DNA of 64,000 nucleotides from NCBI GenBank assembly GCA_049724395.1, contig JAUGWO010000117.1, positions 1 through 64,000 on the forward strand. Direction: 5' to 3'. Below the pieces are notes generated by a model that saw nothing but the letters and a program-made list of their open reading frames with translations, did no database searches and had not been told where the DNA came from. The translations under genes and the position numbers were made by a program. The stretch comes from Spongospora subterranea f. sp. subterranea (lineage: Eukaryota). Below are positions 38,849-50,965 of this stretch, in pieces (positions within the stretch are counted from its first letter, which is position 1; each line of letters opens with the position of its first letter).

Positions 38849-40668
38849 ATGTCGTCGAAATTGTCCAGCCAAGGTTCAAATTTCCTGCTTTCTACCCAAA
38901 AATCGTCAAGATGAGTGTTTTCACCAAGCTTGCTTCTTTGTTCTGTCAATTACCCTGTTTTACGTTCAATTCAGTATTGCAGTTTCTCGTCGAAACCCCT
39001 TTGTTTAAAACCACATATCTGTTGTTTTAGGCTCACTGCCAACGTCTAAAGCAGTGTTAAATGCACTGAAGGCACTAAAGGATCGCGTAGGGGAAGTCGA
39101 GACTGAACGTGACGCTCTTCGCCGTTCCACCAATTCTGCCCTTTCAAACGTTCAAGATGAACTACGGCTTGCTACGCGACAAATTGCACAGCAGCAGGCG
39201 GAAATAGCTGAAAAAAATGGCTTTATCAACGCCTTAAAAGATCGAAGTGATCAGGTCGTCCGAGTTTATCGGATTTTTTCTTTGAATGCATCTGTTTCGG
39301 CTTACGCATCTCGCGCTTTTCCAGTAATTCGATAGATTATTTCACGCTAATATAATTTCAGGCATTGGCAAATTTGGCAATCGCTAACAAGAAGATTGAC
39401 GAACTGAAATCCGAAACATCACTTATCAAGTCTTTGGCAAGAAGGCAACGCCAGCGAAAAGAGAATATTGTCCTCGACGACATACCTCTGAAACGTCCTG
39501 AAGGGGTTAGGACGCCGGTTGTCATTCCTTCAACGACCCCACCTTCCGATGCATTACCGCAAGTGGAACAATTATCCGCAATTGTTGATCGCCTTCTCCT
39601 GGTAAATGAATCCAATCATTTGATAACTCTTCGGTCGTTTATTTGAAATCGATTCAGAAAACAATTTTACGAAAGGATAACCATACCCGATTGCTCGAGA
39701 TTGACCAATGATGTCAAACATTAGATCATGTTGCATATAAAATTCAACTTTAATTGCAAGAACATCACAACAAAACTTGATAATATTCGTTTCTTTTTGG
39801 TGTGAGCTGGACATTTTGCTCTCAAATAATCGTTCATGCCGCACCGAATCTCAGCTAATCTTGTGTTTGATCAGATTAATGAACGGCTAGTCGCTGAAAG
39901 AGAAGCACCCAAGCAAGCGAGAAAGGCGATCACGAAGAAGCCAGTTGCCATTCACACGTTTGCCACTCCACTAGCCGCAACACCACCTCCTCGACCAGCT
40001 TCAGCATCGGCCCAGCGATCAAAAAGTTTTATGGTGGGGCGCTCATCCAAATTGGTGTCATTACCAGGCGCTCTGCAAGAACTAAATGCTGCCCGCAAGC
40101 ATACAAAAGTTCATCGTAATTCCGCGTCAGTTTCCCAGAACAAAACTTCAAATGCTTTCGCATACTCTGATTATGTTTACTCCGATTTCTGTGTCAGAAT
40201 TGTGGAAAGTTTTTCCTTATGTTCAAACATTATTTTGAATATTTTTTGTTGGTTCTCGCCTCCCTGTAAACCATATTCTACTAATTTTGACTTTCCGCCT
40301 GGATTTTGGTCTCAGAAGAAAGGCGCGTCCAAGGTCGTCAGGTCAGGTTGACCAAATCAGCGTAATGCAGAGGAAGGATATAGAGTCCCGTTTACGATGG
40401 TTACAAGATCGCTTGGATGAAGTAGCTCCACGTGACGCGAAACCACGTCCAAACTCGTCAGGTGCTATACCTACCGTTTCCTTGCGGTTTGATGCGAATT
40501 TGATTTTTTTTGTTGTACATGATCGTGTTTGTTATGACAAGCAACGCTGCGTCAGGCATCAATTACCTTGTCTTTTGTTGTTTCAAAAATTTTAATTCAA
40601 GTTCTTTAGGTACAGCTTCGGTAAGTAAAGTACGCCTGAAGTTGGGTCGTCGGCGACGTGTACAATGA
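38849..40668 (+). CDS. Cep57/translokin-like coiled-coil protein, multi-exon
   Basis: SKAVLNALKALKDRVGEVETER resembles the Cep57 centrosome-localisation motif (A..ALK.LQ.KI..LE.ER); FMVGRS resembles PFVAGKS; exons join via GT-AG. Confidence 0.6.
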
Positions 40669-41370
40669 ATGCAGTCACCACAGCGCCGATTACGTTCGCA
40701 AATCTTGACCTATCATGTTATTCACAAGCCATCTACTTCAATGTTTTTTCATTTCTTTCATTTATCGCAAAAAACCCTAGTCTTAAAGCATCAATTTTAA
40801 CAAGCTGTGATGTACTGGAATGAAACGGAAGTAAAAAAACTCGAACTATGAATGCTCAAATGTTTGAACCTTGCGTCATCATCGAAATGTGTACGAGAAT
40901 TGTTTGGTAAACAACGATGTTTTCAATAAAGAGGTTGCTGATCAGGGTAAACTACAGTAGTAAGGGAAGGGCACGAGTTTCGGTTGAGATTGAAGAATCA
41001 AGCAAATCTTTTCAATAATATTTGACCTGGGCTGTCGGCAAACGGTTGTCAACACTTGCGATTGACAAAATGCTCTAATGGATCAAATATCGTTGTTTTG
41101 CACGCAATAAAGCGTTATGAAGTGATACATCAACGGTACATCCTTTAGGACACAGAAGGCAGTTTGCCCGTAACCCAGAATCATGGTCGAGGCAGCCTAT
41201 ACTGGCAAATTTGACAAAAACTGGTCCAGTATTGTCGTTCTCCAGCGGTCCTTTTGAATATTTAGAAATCTTACGACGAAGACCAAATGTAAAACCCATA
41301 CACCTCATCCACATTTGTTTGTTTTTACTGTAATTTAACCAAATCGACAACAAAATAATATCATTCTTTT

Positions 41371-43651
41371 CTATTCTGTCTCTTTGTCCAAAAATTTCTG
41401 AAAAGGGAAGAATGTAGCGCTGACAGGTCGACCACTGAAAACTCGCTTCTTAAGCACAGTCCGGGCAGCAACGGCGTGATCCACGTCGCTAAACATAACG
41501 AAGATCTTTCCGATACCTGGAGGGTCATGATCTACGCCTTCGGGGCTAGGTCTTGGAATCCATACCTGCACCAAAACATAACATTAGCGCCATCAATATG
41601 AGCTGAAGCAATACTTACCTCATCGACCGGGCCGAACTTTTCGCATTCACCGCGGATATCAAGTTTGATATCCTGATATTCTACAGCAAAGACAGCAAAT
41701 TATCAGTAAAACAAATCGAAACAAAACCGAAGACCCAGAAATTGACATTCAGGAATTGGGTCACTCTAACAGAAAAAAACATGGAAATTAAAGATAGAAT
41801 TGAAATTGAGTTAGAAGGAGCAAGAAAAATATGAGACAATAAGAAAAACCTTCATCATCGAGCATATCATCCCGCTCACACATGTTCAAAAGCAGGAGGA
41901 CCTGGGTCGGAGGCGGCCCTGACTCCTGAGGTGCTGGGGGACCCGATGATGGCAAGTACGTAATCGCCGACACTAACCAAAACGTGAATATGCAGCAGAC
42001 CGAAACCAGTGAAATAAATGAAAGACTTGAGCAACAGTGTATAATGTCACACCGACAGGGTTAATTGGTAATCAACGTCAAGCACTGCTCCTGACAAAAA
42101 AATTCGCATGCGAAATAGTGGATTATAGTACTTACTGGGCAGGTGTGGAGCCGCAGTGCTTCCCGCGGGTTGTCGCCCTGTGCAGTCTTCTGGCGCCGGA
42201 GGCAAGCCTAGAGTACCAACAAGTAAACTCCTCATCGAGAAACCGAATGAAAACGCATCAAACACCGAGGCTGTGCAGATGAATGGAGACAAGAGTCGTA
42301 TAAACAAACAGCCGGTTTTGAACCGAAAACACAAATGCAAAGCGAAAAGAAGTAGCAAACAATTGAAATATACCTGCTACGTCCATTACATAAGTCTCAA
42401 GATGCTCAGGAGCCGGAGCATAGTCAGCAGGGCGACCGATTCGCAGCGGTCTTCCACCAATCTGCAGCCCATCAAACCGTTCGATACAGCGCGTGGCATC
42501 CGATACAGCCCGGCATTCAACGAACTACGAGACTGACGATCAAACCATTGAAACCAAAAATAATCAGTACAGCGAAAAAGAATAAAACAATTGTGGCAGC
42601 GAAACCTGACTTGTATTCTGGAACAAACAAAGCGAAAATTCGAAATAAACAAAATGTTATACCCTAAACTAAAAATAAACAAATCTCAAACTTACACAGA
42701 ATGATCCCTCTGTGGAGCACCATACAGAAACTACAGGGTTCGGAGTCGTAATCCCAGCTGGAACGGTCCTAATAGCGTCAGAAAGAGGGAATCGGCCTGA
42801 CAGTTTGCGGCGAGGGCCCGACGCATTTACCTGCGATGGCGGCGTTTGTGAAAAACTGGATCAGCGCCGGCTCCGTAAACCCCGCTCCAATTGGCAGATT
42901 CCCCCTGCATATATTCGACGTGCTTGACGGGTCACCTGAAGAAAGACATTGATATCAATTAGACAACTGCAAAAAAAAGTCAAATTAAAGGAAGAAAGCA
43001 AAAGGAATAATTCCCAGGAAAACTGCACAAAAACAGAGATTTGGCGCAGCAACAAATGAACGTGGACGTACGTTGCCTAATGCCATCAAAAGCATCTGGG
43101 CATGTGTTAGAATACAATAAAATCGACAAAAAAGTTAAGAAAACAATTTGCGAAAACTATGAGCCGAATAAACATGAAATACCATTTAAACAGACAAATG
43201 GCATAATCAATCAAAAAGAACGAAAAGAAAATTTCGTCGAAGTATGAAAAAAAAATAGACTTTCAAAATCGGACCCGTAAGGTGCACCAACGAATAGAGT
43301 TCATTCATACAAAATAAAAATAGAACCAAAAAAACACTAAGAAATTGAAAAGAGAAAAAATGTGTGATAAATACCATCGGATTGGCACCAGCTTGCTGTT
43401 GTGCCAGAAGTTTTTTGATTAAATCTGGGTTTGGTTTAGGTGGGGATGCACCCCTACGTCGGCGCCGATCTCGGCTTCGCGATCGACTGGCCAGGAAAAT
43501 TTTAGAATAGATGATTTGCGATTGGAGAGGCATTTCACCTGTTCGGTCGTCTGCGACGATCGGCAGAGCGGGAACGATGTCGTCGAACGGATCGCGACCT
43601 TGACCGAGACGATCGTCGTCGTGATCGGTGCTTCGACCGGGACTCCGACAT
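41371..43651 (-). CDS. U2AF large subunit-like protein (RS domain, RRM1, UHM), multi-exon
   Basis: RS-rich N-terminus; TRQARRIYAG-NLP; FVE..LRIGRPADY; TQVLLLLNM..EYQDIKLDIRGECEKFG..IPRP..GIGKIFV..FSGR. Apparent frameshift at 42901-42905. Confidence 0.88.
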
Positions 43652-45243
43652 TTATATGGGTTGTTCAGTCTCACAGATCTTTGGTTCGGTGCCTGCAACT
43701 GCAAGCAGTCAGTTGTACTTGCTCTGTGAGCCGGTGGTGCGGACTCCGTGTGCCCTAGATAGGATGTTTTATTGTCAACTGTTTTCTCATTCGAGAAAAT
43801 GGATATGAGCAGAATTGCACAACAACTTCTGGAACAGCACCTTTAATTTGTAGTGGCTGTCGTGCCAAATGTCAGCTCATACCCAAGGTACTACCAATGT
43901 TTTCATCTGATGCTTACCATTGCCACTTGCTCAAATGGTTAAATACAATGCTGTTTCTGCATGATCTCTCGAGATTTGTGCTTGTCGTCGAAGATAGGCA
44001 AAGGAGCCCTTCAATGTGAAAATACAGCGTATTCACAATACTCCCACAATATCACTGGATCGGCCTCTCGGTTTCTTTATGTGTTCGGGTTTTGCAGTCC
44101 AAGGTGGCAATATTTACTTTGAGCTGATCTTAAGGCCGAAACCTAAGACCTTAGGGAAATGAGTATGTTGAAAGAATCCCCAAATAACCAAATGCATTCT
44201 TTACGCTTGTTTGAGGGGGTTTATATCAGTCATGTAATCAATTCCCGACAACCCAGACCCCACTGCTGCACATGATGTATCTTCATCAAATTTCCCAGGT
44301 GATGTTGCACTAACAACAACGCATCTGACAACAGGTCAATCGTAACAAGAGGGTAGAAATCGCTTTCCGAGCGAAGACGAGATCAAAGAGAATCACATGC
44401 TGTGTGGAGGCGGCTGGACTGGTGACAATTGGGTACTGAAAAGGGCGGGTGTGGGCAATGCAATAATTGCACACCATTTCAAAGGTTTATCCTAGACACT
44501 TTCCCGGGATTGGTACATTGGATTAATTAAACTTGGTGCATTGGCATCAGCTACGGTTCAATTTCGATGATCATGTAAATTTAGACGGCAACGAGTGCAA
44601 GTTTTTACATAAATTTGTAAGGAAGACTTCAGACATACTGCAGCTGACTGATTACACAGATCGCTAATTGGATTTTTGCAGTACAGTATTCAGGAATGAC
44701 TTGACAACATTCAAAAGGCGGGATCTGTGCCATATCTGACCATTGATTGGGCGACAACACAGTGTTTACAAGGCAGCCGATTCAGCAGGACCCCACTTCA
44801 GGACCAAACATCAGACACGATAGCCCCACGAACCATACATCTGATATTCTGTCCTAGTATACTGTAAAAGTCATGTCGCTTTACTCTTTCGCCTGTCATC
44901 CATTGTTCTCAGGTTTTTTGACACCTTAGTCCATTGTGCTTGTGTAAATCGATCCTCTTAGGTTCTTATGCCTGAAGATTCAATGAGTTGAAACAGCTGC
45001 CAGCACTAACAGCACGATTTGCAAGAGCACCTTCATCGTCATCAAGAGCACTTGACTACCGCCCAAGAACCCAAACCAGGTTTACCTCAAATGAACCCAA
45101 GAAGATTGAAGGCATGCCTACCGGAGCTATTTCAACTGTGTTTTCTTCATTAGTCAGCAGAATTACTGATCGGATCGTGCTGGGTATTCAACAGCAACTT
45201 TTTACCAATGCACAATTCATTAGTGTTCTATTTAGGCGCTCGA

Positions 45244-46145
45244 TCATACCATTTTGCTCTGATTGGTACGGAAGGTCTGCACATGGAGAAGACGAGTCTG
45301 GTGAACATGCAGTTGATGCCTCGATGATGTCTTCGTCAAAAATATAGTTTCATCATCGATACCAACTGATGGTTCGTTTTCAGGAAACTTTCCTTCGTTA
45401 AAGTGAACATCTGAATATCGAGCGGTGAGCGTGCGATTTTTCTCTGGATCGAAGAAATGATACCCTTTTTGCTTGGTTAAGTATCCAATAAATATGCATT
45501 TGGTCATTCTTGGTTGAAGCTTGCGATGGAGTTGATTTGGTTCATGAACATGAGCAATGCAACCGAATGTGCGGAGGTAGTCAAGTTCTGGTCCTTTGCC
45601 GTCGCACTGAACTGGATCTCTACGTGTACTCGACCAGAATTCTGGTCGAGTACACGTAGAGATCCAGTTCAGTGCTCCCACTAATTCTCGATAAGGTACA
45701 TGATCCACAGTATCGTCTTCTTGTAAGAGAGAGAACCCAGTCTGCATTGGTGTTGTCGCCGACTTACAATCGGTCATCTTGAAGCGCTGAAGGATTTCTT
45801 GAATGTATGCTTCCTGATCTAAGTGAATTCCAAAATCGTCTTGCTGGATTCTCATGCCGAGAAGATGACGAGGCTGTCCCAGATCTGTAATTGGAAAACG
45901 ATCTGACAATTTTTGAATCATGCTATCCAGGTCGATCTCATTACTATAGGCGATGAGAAGATCATCGGTGGATAGGGCCATGGCGATGATGGATGATTCA
46001 CACCGGCGGATATATACGCATGGGTCCGATTTGAGGCGAACGAAGGACAGATCTTCACAGATAAACTGATTGATTGTGTTATTCCACTCGAGACCAGCTT
46101 GTTTGAGTCCGTAGAGGCTTTTCTTTAATCGACATACTTGAGAAT
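45244..46145 (-). mobile_element. Rearranged Ty1/Copia pol remnant
   Basis: CRLKKSLYGLKQAG..SDPCVY..STDD..YRELVGAL (RT) is fused downstream to LRTFGC..KL..KCIFIGY, which normally precedes RT. Confidence 0.85.
45604..45675. repeat. Perfect 72-bp palindrome
   Basis: GCACTGAACTGGATCTCTACGTGTACTCGACCAGAA|TTCTGGTCGAGTACACGTAGAGATCCAGTTCAGTGC. Confidence 0.97.
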
Positions 46146-47078
46146 GGTTTTAGTAGGCGTGCCTTAGGTTCCCTTGGGTTCATTGGTAGGTGTGCCTTAG
46201 GTTTTCTTTGGTTCATTTGCGGTAGACTTGATCTTGGGTTCTTGGGCGGTAGTCAACTGCTGAATTTGATGGGTTTGAGTAAATGTCCGGTCGATCACCT
46301 CAGGCAATAGACACAAACGTGTCAATAGGAGCGGAATTCAGCGGCCAGATAATGGAGCACGGCGGTCATTCATTGCGGTTGTGTGAGCTGGGAGGAAGTC
46401 TGGCAATCCCAACAACGATGAATATTTCCCGGCGAGAATTACAGCTATAAATCTAACATCTGATGCATAATTGGACCCATCACCAATGAGATTGGTTCTC
46501 GGTTCTCTAAATTGATTTCGTGGTGGATCTTTCAAGGAATTTACGCGCTCTGTAGAATTTTGTGGAATTGACCAACTGAATTGAATATATCGCATGCCTT
46601 TATTCCAGATCTTCCTCCTCGAATATGGCGAGTAATGCGTCTAGCCTACTTTCCTGGTCAATAGCTGCTGAAGACGCACATGAGGCTCGTTGAAGTTCAT
46701 CAGCTCGCTTTGGGGATGTCATGTGAACAAGACCTTGAATGAAAGAGTCGTCGTAAGCGACTCAGATATTACCTTAGTAGATCATGTGCGGTGGTGCTAT
46801 CAAGATTTCCTGCCCATTGGGTGAAACCACAACAAAATGACAACCGCAGCAACCCAAAATATTAACATGCTGGACCTGTTGAAAGGTGATGATCCATATA
46901 TCTTACCCTTTCAGGACAATACGTTGCTGCTGAGAGAACGTGTCGACATCGTACACAACAATTTCGCTATTACCCATTGGACCAGGCATGAATAGGCGCA
47001 ATAGGGCTACATGATCTGAGAGAGAAGTTGCATGAAATTCACGTCGCGTAAGCATGGAAACACGAGTACAGGGAGACG

Positions 47079-47913
47079 TCAGCAGTAAACGAGGCTGCAA
47101 TAACGCGCACTAGATATCGGTTTGGTGTGCGTTGGGAGCTCATTAGTGAAATCAGGTGCATCAAGTTCGTCATCCTAAGATTCACATGAGATCCTGCGAT
47201 AACAGTTGCAGTAGAACGACCTCGGGAAGCAATTCATATTGTGTGTCGCCTGTCAGAGATGAGAAGCGTTCTTGCTGAATATGTCCATGAACATCACACC
47301 TGTTTATTGTGTCGGCGATTCAGAACGATCACAGGTCAATCATGCAGCTCAACAATGGGCCTACCTGGTGCATACTGTGTCAAGGGTGCATACTGTGTCA
47401 AGAATAGCACCTACAGATATAGGGGCAGCTTCACCACGAAATGATTTCTGGGGACACACTCAGACACAATAAGGAATAGCCCAAAGATTCCTCCACCTTC
47501 CTAGAACTATCGACAGAGAGTTTAACATTGTTTATGTCCATATCATTTCCGCTGCCTTGATCGCAGTGTTCCATAGAGAATGGTAACTTAGGTCTGTCAG
47601 ACTGAGCGCTGGGTTTGATATCGATCAATTTGACCCAAACGTGTTCGCCAATATCTACAATATCTGACACATTATCGACTCGAGATGACGATAATTCAGA
47701 AATATGAACAAGTCCGGTTGTTCGATCGTCATCGATAATCGCAACAAATGCCCCGAACTCCCGGATTGACACAACTCGAGCACGATGAATAGAGAAAATA
47801 GGCGGATAGGAATGTCTATGATCGACCATCCTGGCCCTGGTAATCATGTTCAGCCGCTGTGGATGAGTATGAGCTGATCGGTCCTGTGTCCCATCATCCC
47901 CTCTCCCTGACAT
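47079..47913 (-). CDS. S1-domain / zinc-knuckle protein, ZCCHC17 (pNO40)-like; 3' end uncertain
   Basis: S1 motifs FGAFV..GLVHISELS..VWVK..DQGSGND, then ILDTVCT..CTR|CDVHGH..TQYELLPE. Confidence 0.7.
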
Positions 47914-48779
47914 TGTCTGTCTAATTATTGTCCTTGGTGACCAACACCGTTGGTGAAAAGGTCCGGGTCAAGTCCTAAAACTGCAAAATATGTGTCCGAC
48001 TCCTGTCCAAACACGAGGTGAAAATCAAAAATCGAGTCAGCAGGTCTCGACTTAAGGTGCCCTCGCTCGGTCATATCCTATATATTTTCTTATCAATTGA
48101 TATATTGATTCAGTCAATTCTATATATTTTCTTATCAATCAATATTGATTCAGTCAATTCCTCGGACAATCAGAGTATCGCAGTTGACACCAAGAAATGG
48201 GAAAGATTGAATAAAAAATTAATTTATAAAAAGTAATTTTATTTTAGCTTATTTAGTAAAGTTTTTTTTAAAAATTCAAACAATAGATGGAGATGAAATA
48301 AGACTTGCAAGAAATTAACTCGTCTTGACCTTTCTTGTAATGAATGGTGACGCGGTTCATATTCGAGTGTTTTTGTCGGCTTGTTGAAGGATGATATATC
48401 GATCATTTGCAAGTCCGATTCACGTCAGTTGCGTCCCTTTGTTGAAGACCAAGCTCCTCATGGCAATATTTAGCCAGCCTATGTCAAGCCTGCAAGGGAT
48501 ACGGTCAAAGTTTCGTCTTCAGATGGCGATTACTCCTGCGCTCGTCACGCATCGAATGAAGATGTTGAACCTGAAGTCAATGAGTGGATAAGGTTTGCTA
48601 CCATCATTAGGGATGGTAGTCTAACTGATACGAGACCGATAGTTTTGCAGAATTATATGTTGATTCTTTCATTGCGGGTCATTATCCACCGGTGATTAGC
48701 CGATGTAGCCGGACCACGATTCCGTCAATCAGCCGCCCAATCGTGGCGCCTATTTAATCGGTTGCATTCCTGCGGCTTT

Positions 48780-50100
48780 GAAAAGAACCTGTAACCCTTC
48801 CTTGGCTGGAACTTTTGTTAATCCATCTGCTGAGTTAACCTTGCTTGCGATCCGAATAAATTTAAGAACTTTCTCCATAACACATTCACGAACATAATGT
48901 GATATGCTTTGAACGTTCGGTGATTGCATTGTTCTTCACGAGTAATTCTGTCGCGACGTTATCTTCTAAAACTTCTGTCGGTCCACGTAGTTGAAATCCA
49001 ATCTCACTTAGAATTGTTCGAATCCAGACCAACTCCCGCGCGACCTCGCTTGCCGCGACATACTCAGCATAGCAGGTTGATGTCGCTACGATCGACTGTC
49101 TTTTGGATCGCCAACTAATCAATCCGTATTAGGAACAAAACATATCCCGACCCAGATTTAGATTCTTCAATATCATTTCCATAATCTGAATCAACAGCTC
49201 CTGAGAGGTGCTTCTCTTTGAGTATAACCTAATCGAAATGATATACTTGCTTTTCTTTCTTGTAGACGAGCGCCATCACATCGCTCTGTTTGAGATAGCG
49301 TAGCGAGTGTAATGCAGCCTGCCGATGTCGATCAGTAGGACTGTTTAGATGACGCGATAGCCATGAGACTGTATACGCCAAATCAGGCCGTGTTCCAGTC
49401 ATTAGATATGCCAGTGATCCAACAACAACACGATATTTGTTGTCAACAATGTCTTCGTAATCTTGGCGTCGTCGCAGATCCAATTTCATCGGCAATGGCG
49501 TCTCCGGATTGCGCATCTTCTTGTTGACCTTGACGGACTCCATGTCCTCTTCAAATCGATTCAGCACGTCCTTACAATACTGCTCTACTGAACTTCAGGA
49601 TATCGTCAACAAATACACCCAGAACTATGATATGCGGTCGTTCTTTGTATGTTACAATCTTGACAAAAAGCATGGCTCGACCATCAGTGATTTGAAACTG
49701 CACTTGAGAAGAGCTTCCTTGAACGTTTCATACCATAATTTAGGTGCTTCCACCAGACCGTATAACGCACGCTTGAGCTTCCAAACTTTGTACCGTCGAT
49801 CACCTTCCACATGATTGATGGGCTGCTCCACATATATTGGTGTCGTCAATTCGCTGAACGCTGTCTTGACGTCCATCTGGTGTACGGTCAGATACGGTCA
49901 GACCCATCTTGGCCGCCAGTGCGAAGATGAGTCGCATCGTAACGTAATCCAATGTCGGAGCAAAAGTATCTTTAAACTTTTTCGACTTATCGCAACAGTC
50001 CTTGACAGTACATCGGCATTTGTAGCGCTCGATCTCCCCGTCTTTAGTGGTCTTGGGTCTATAAAAGACTGGGAAAAGCTGGTCACATTCTGACTGGGAG
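48780..50100 (-). mobile_element. Degenerate Copia RT/RNase H remnant
   Basis: MDVKTAF..KLKRALYGL; YRVVVGSL.YL..TRPDL; SWRSKRQ..VATST..AEY..SKHI; frameshifted. Confidence 0.88.
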
Positions 50101-50427
50101 ATTCAGCCGAAAATATATTGGGTCATCGAGTTTGTTGGAATAAAATATTGTTAATGTACACTCAAGTGTATCTCAATGGAGTAATCATCCGGAGTTCTTG
50201 TCGAACATGATGTGTTTAGGAGATCGAAAGTAATCTCGATAACAGGAGTTTTAAGAAAGGATGCCTGAATTCTATCACTCCGATGATCCGACATGTCAGC
50301 ACGAGCATTGGGGCGCCCATTTGAATCACTTCGATCATGGGACAGGTCAGCACGAACATTAGGCACGCATTTGATTAGCTTTTGTTGATTTATTTCTTGA
50401 CATAGGCCAAATATATTGAATTAGGCT

Positions 50428-50491
50428 TGTGATAGTTTAATTAGGGGAGTGATAGTTTAATTAGGGGAGTGATAGTTTTAGGGGAGTGATA
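50428..50491. repeat. 20-bp minisatellite, about 3 copies
   Basis: GTGATAGTTTAATTAGGGGA repeated; third copy shortened. Confidence 0.8.
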
Positions 50492-50860
50492 TTTACAGCA
50501 GCTGGATCGAAAACTGCTCTTCCATGATTTTGTAGATCATCGAAGTGGTAGAATCCCCGATATACCGCCCAATACAAATGTCCGTGTCAATTTTTTGGAA
50601 AAAATGGTGATTTCGCATTTGGGTTTTGTAAAAACTAAAAAAGTTTCAGAAAAAAAATTATATATTTGTAGTTAGAAAATTTGCCATTCCACAGGTTTTT
50701 CTTATCAAATTTTCCCGTAAAACCAATATTTTGCGAATTATGGTTAAAAGGATCGTTGTGGTATATAATATATACCGCCACGGGGTCCGATCAGGGTTAG
50801 GAGTTCGCTGGAAATCCATTCTGTGGAGCCTGAGCTGCCTGTTCAGTTGTGAAGATTGGT

Positions 50861-50965
50861 CTACTTTTGCTGCAAAATGGGGCAGATATCAATGCCAAAG
50901 ATCGAAATGGACGAACGGCTTTACATATCGCAATGCAGCTTGGCAGGGAATTTTCGAACAAAGGT
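50861..50965 (+). pseudogene. Ankyrin-repeat exon fragment
   Basis: LLLLQNGADINAKDRNGRTALHIA; no intact surrounding gene model found. Confidence 0.6.

Noticed and set aside
50428..50491. Interstitial telomere repeats (TTAGGG-like)
   Set aside because: TTAGGGG occurs only as part of a 20-bp unit, not as a telomeric tandem.
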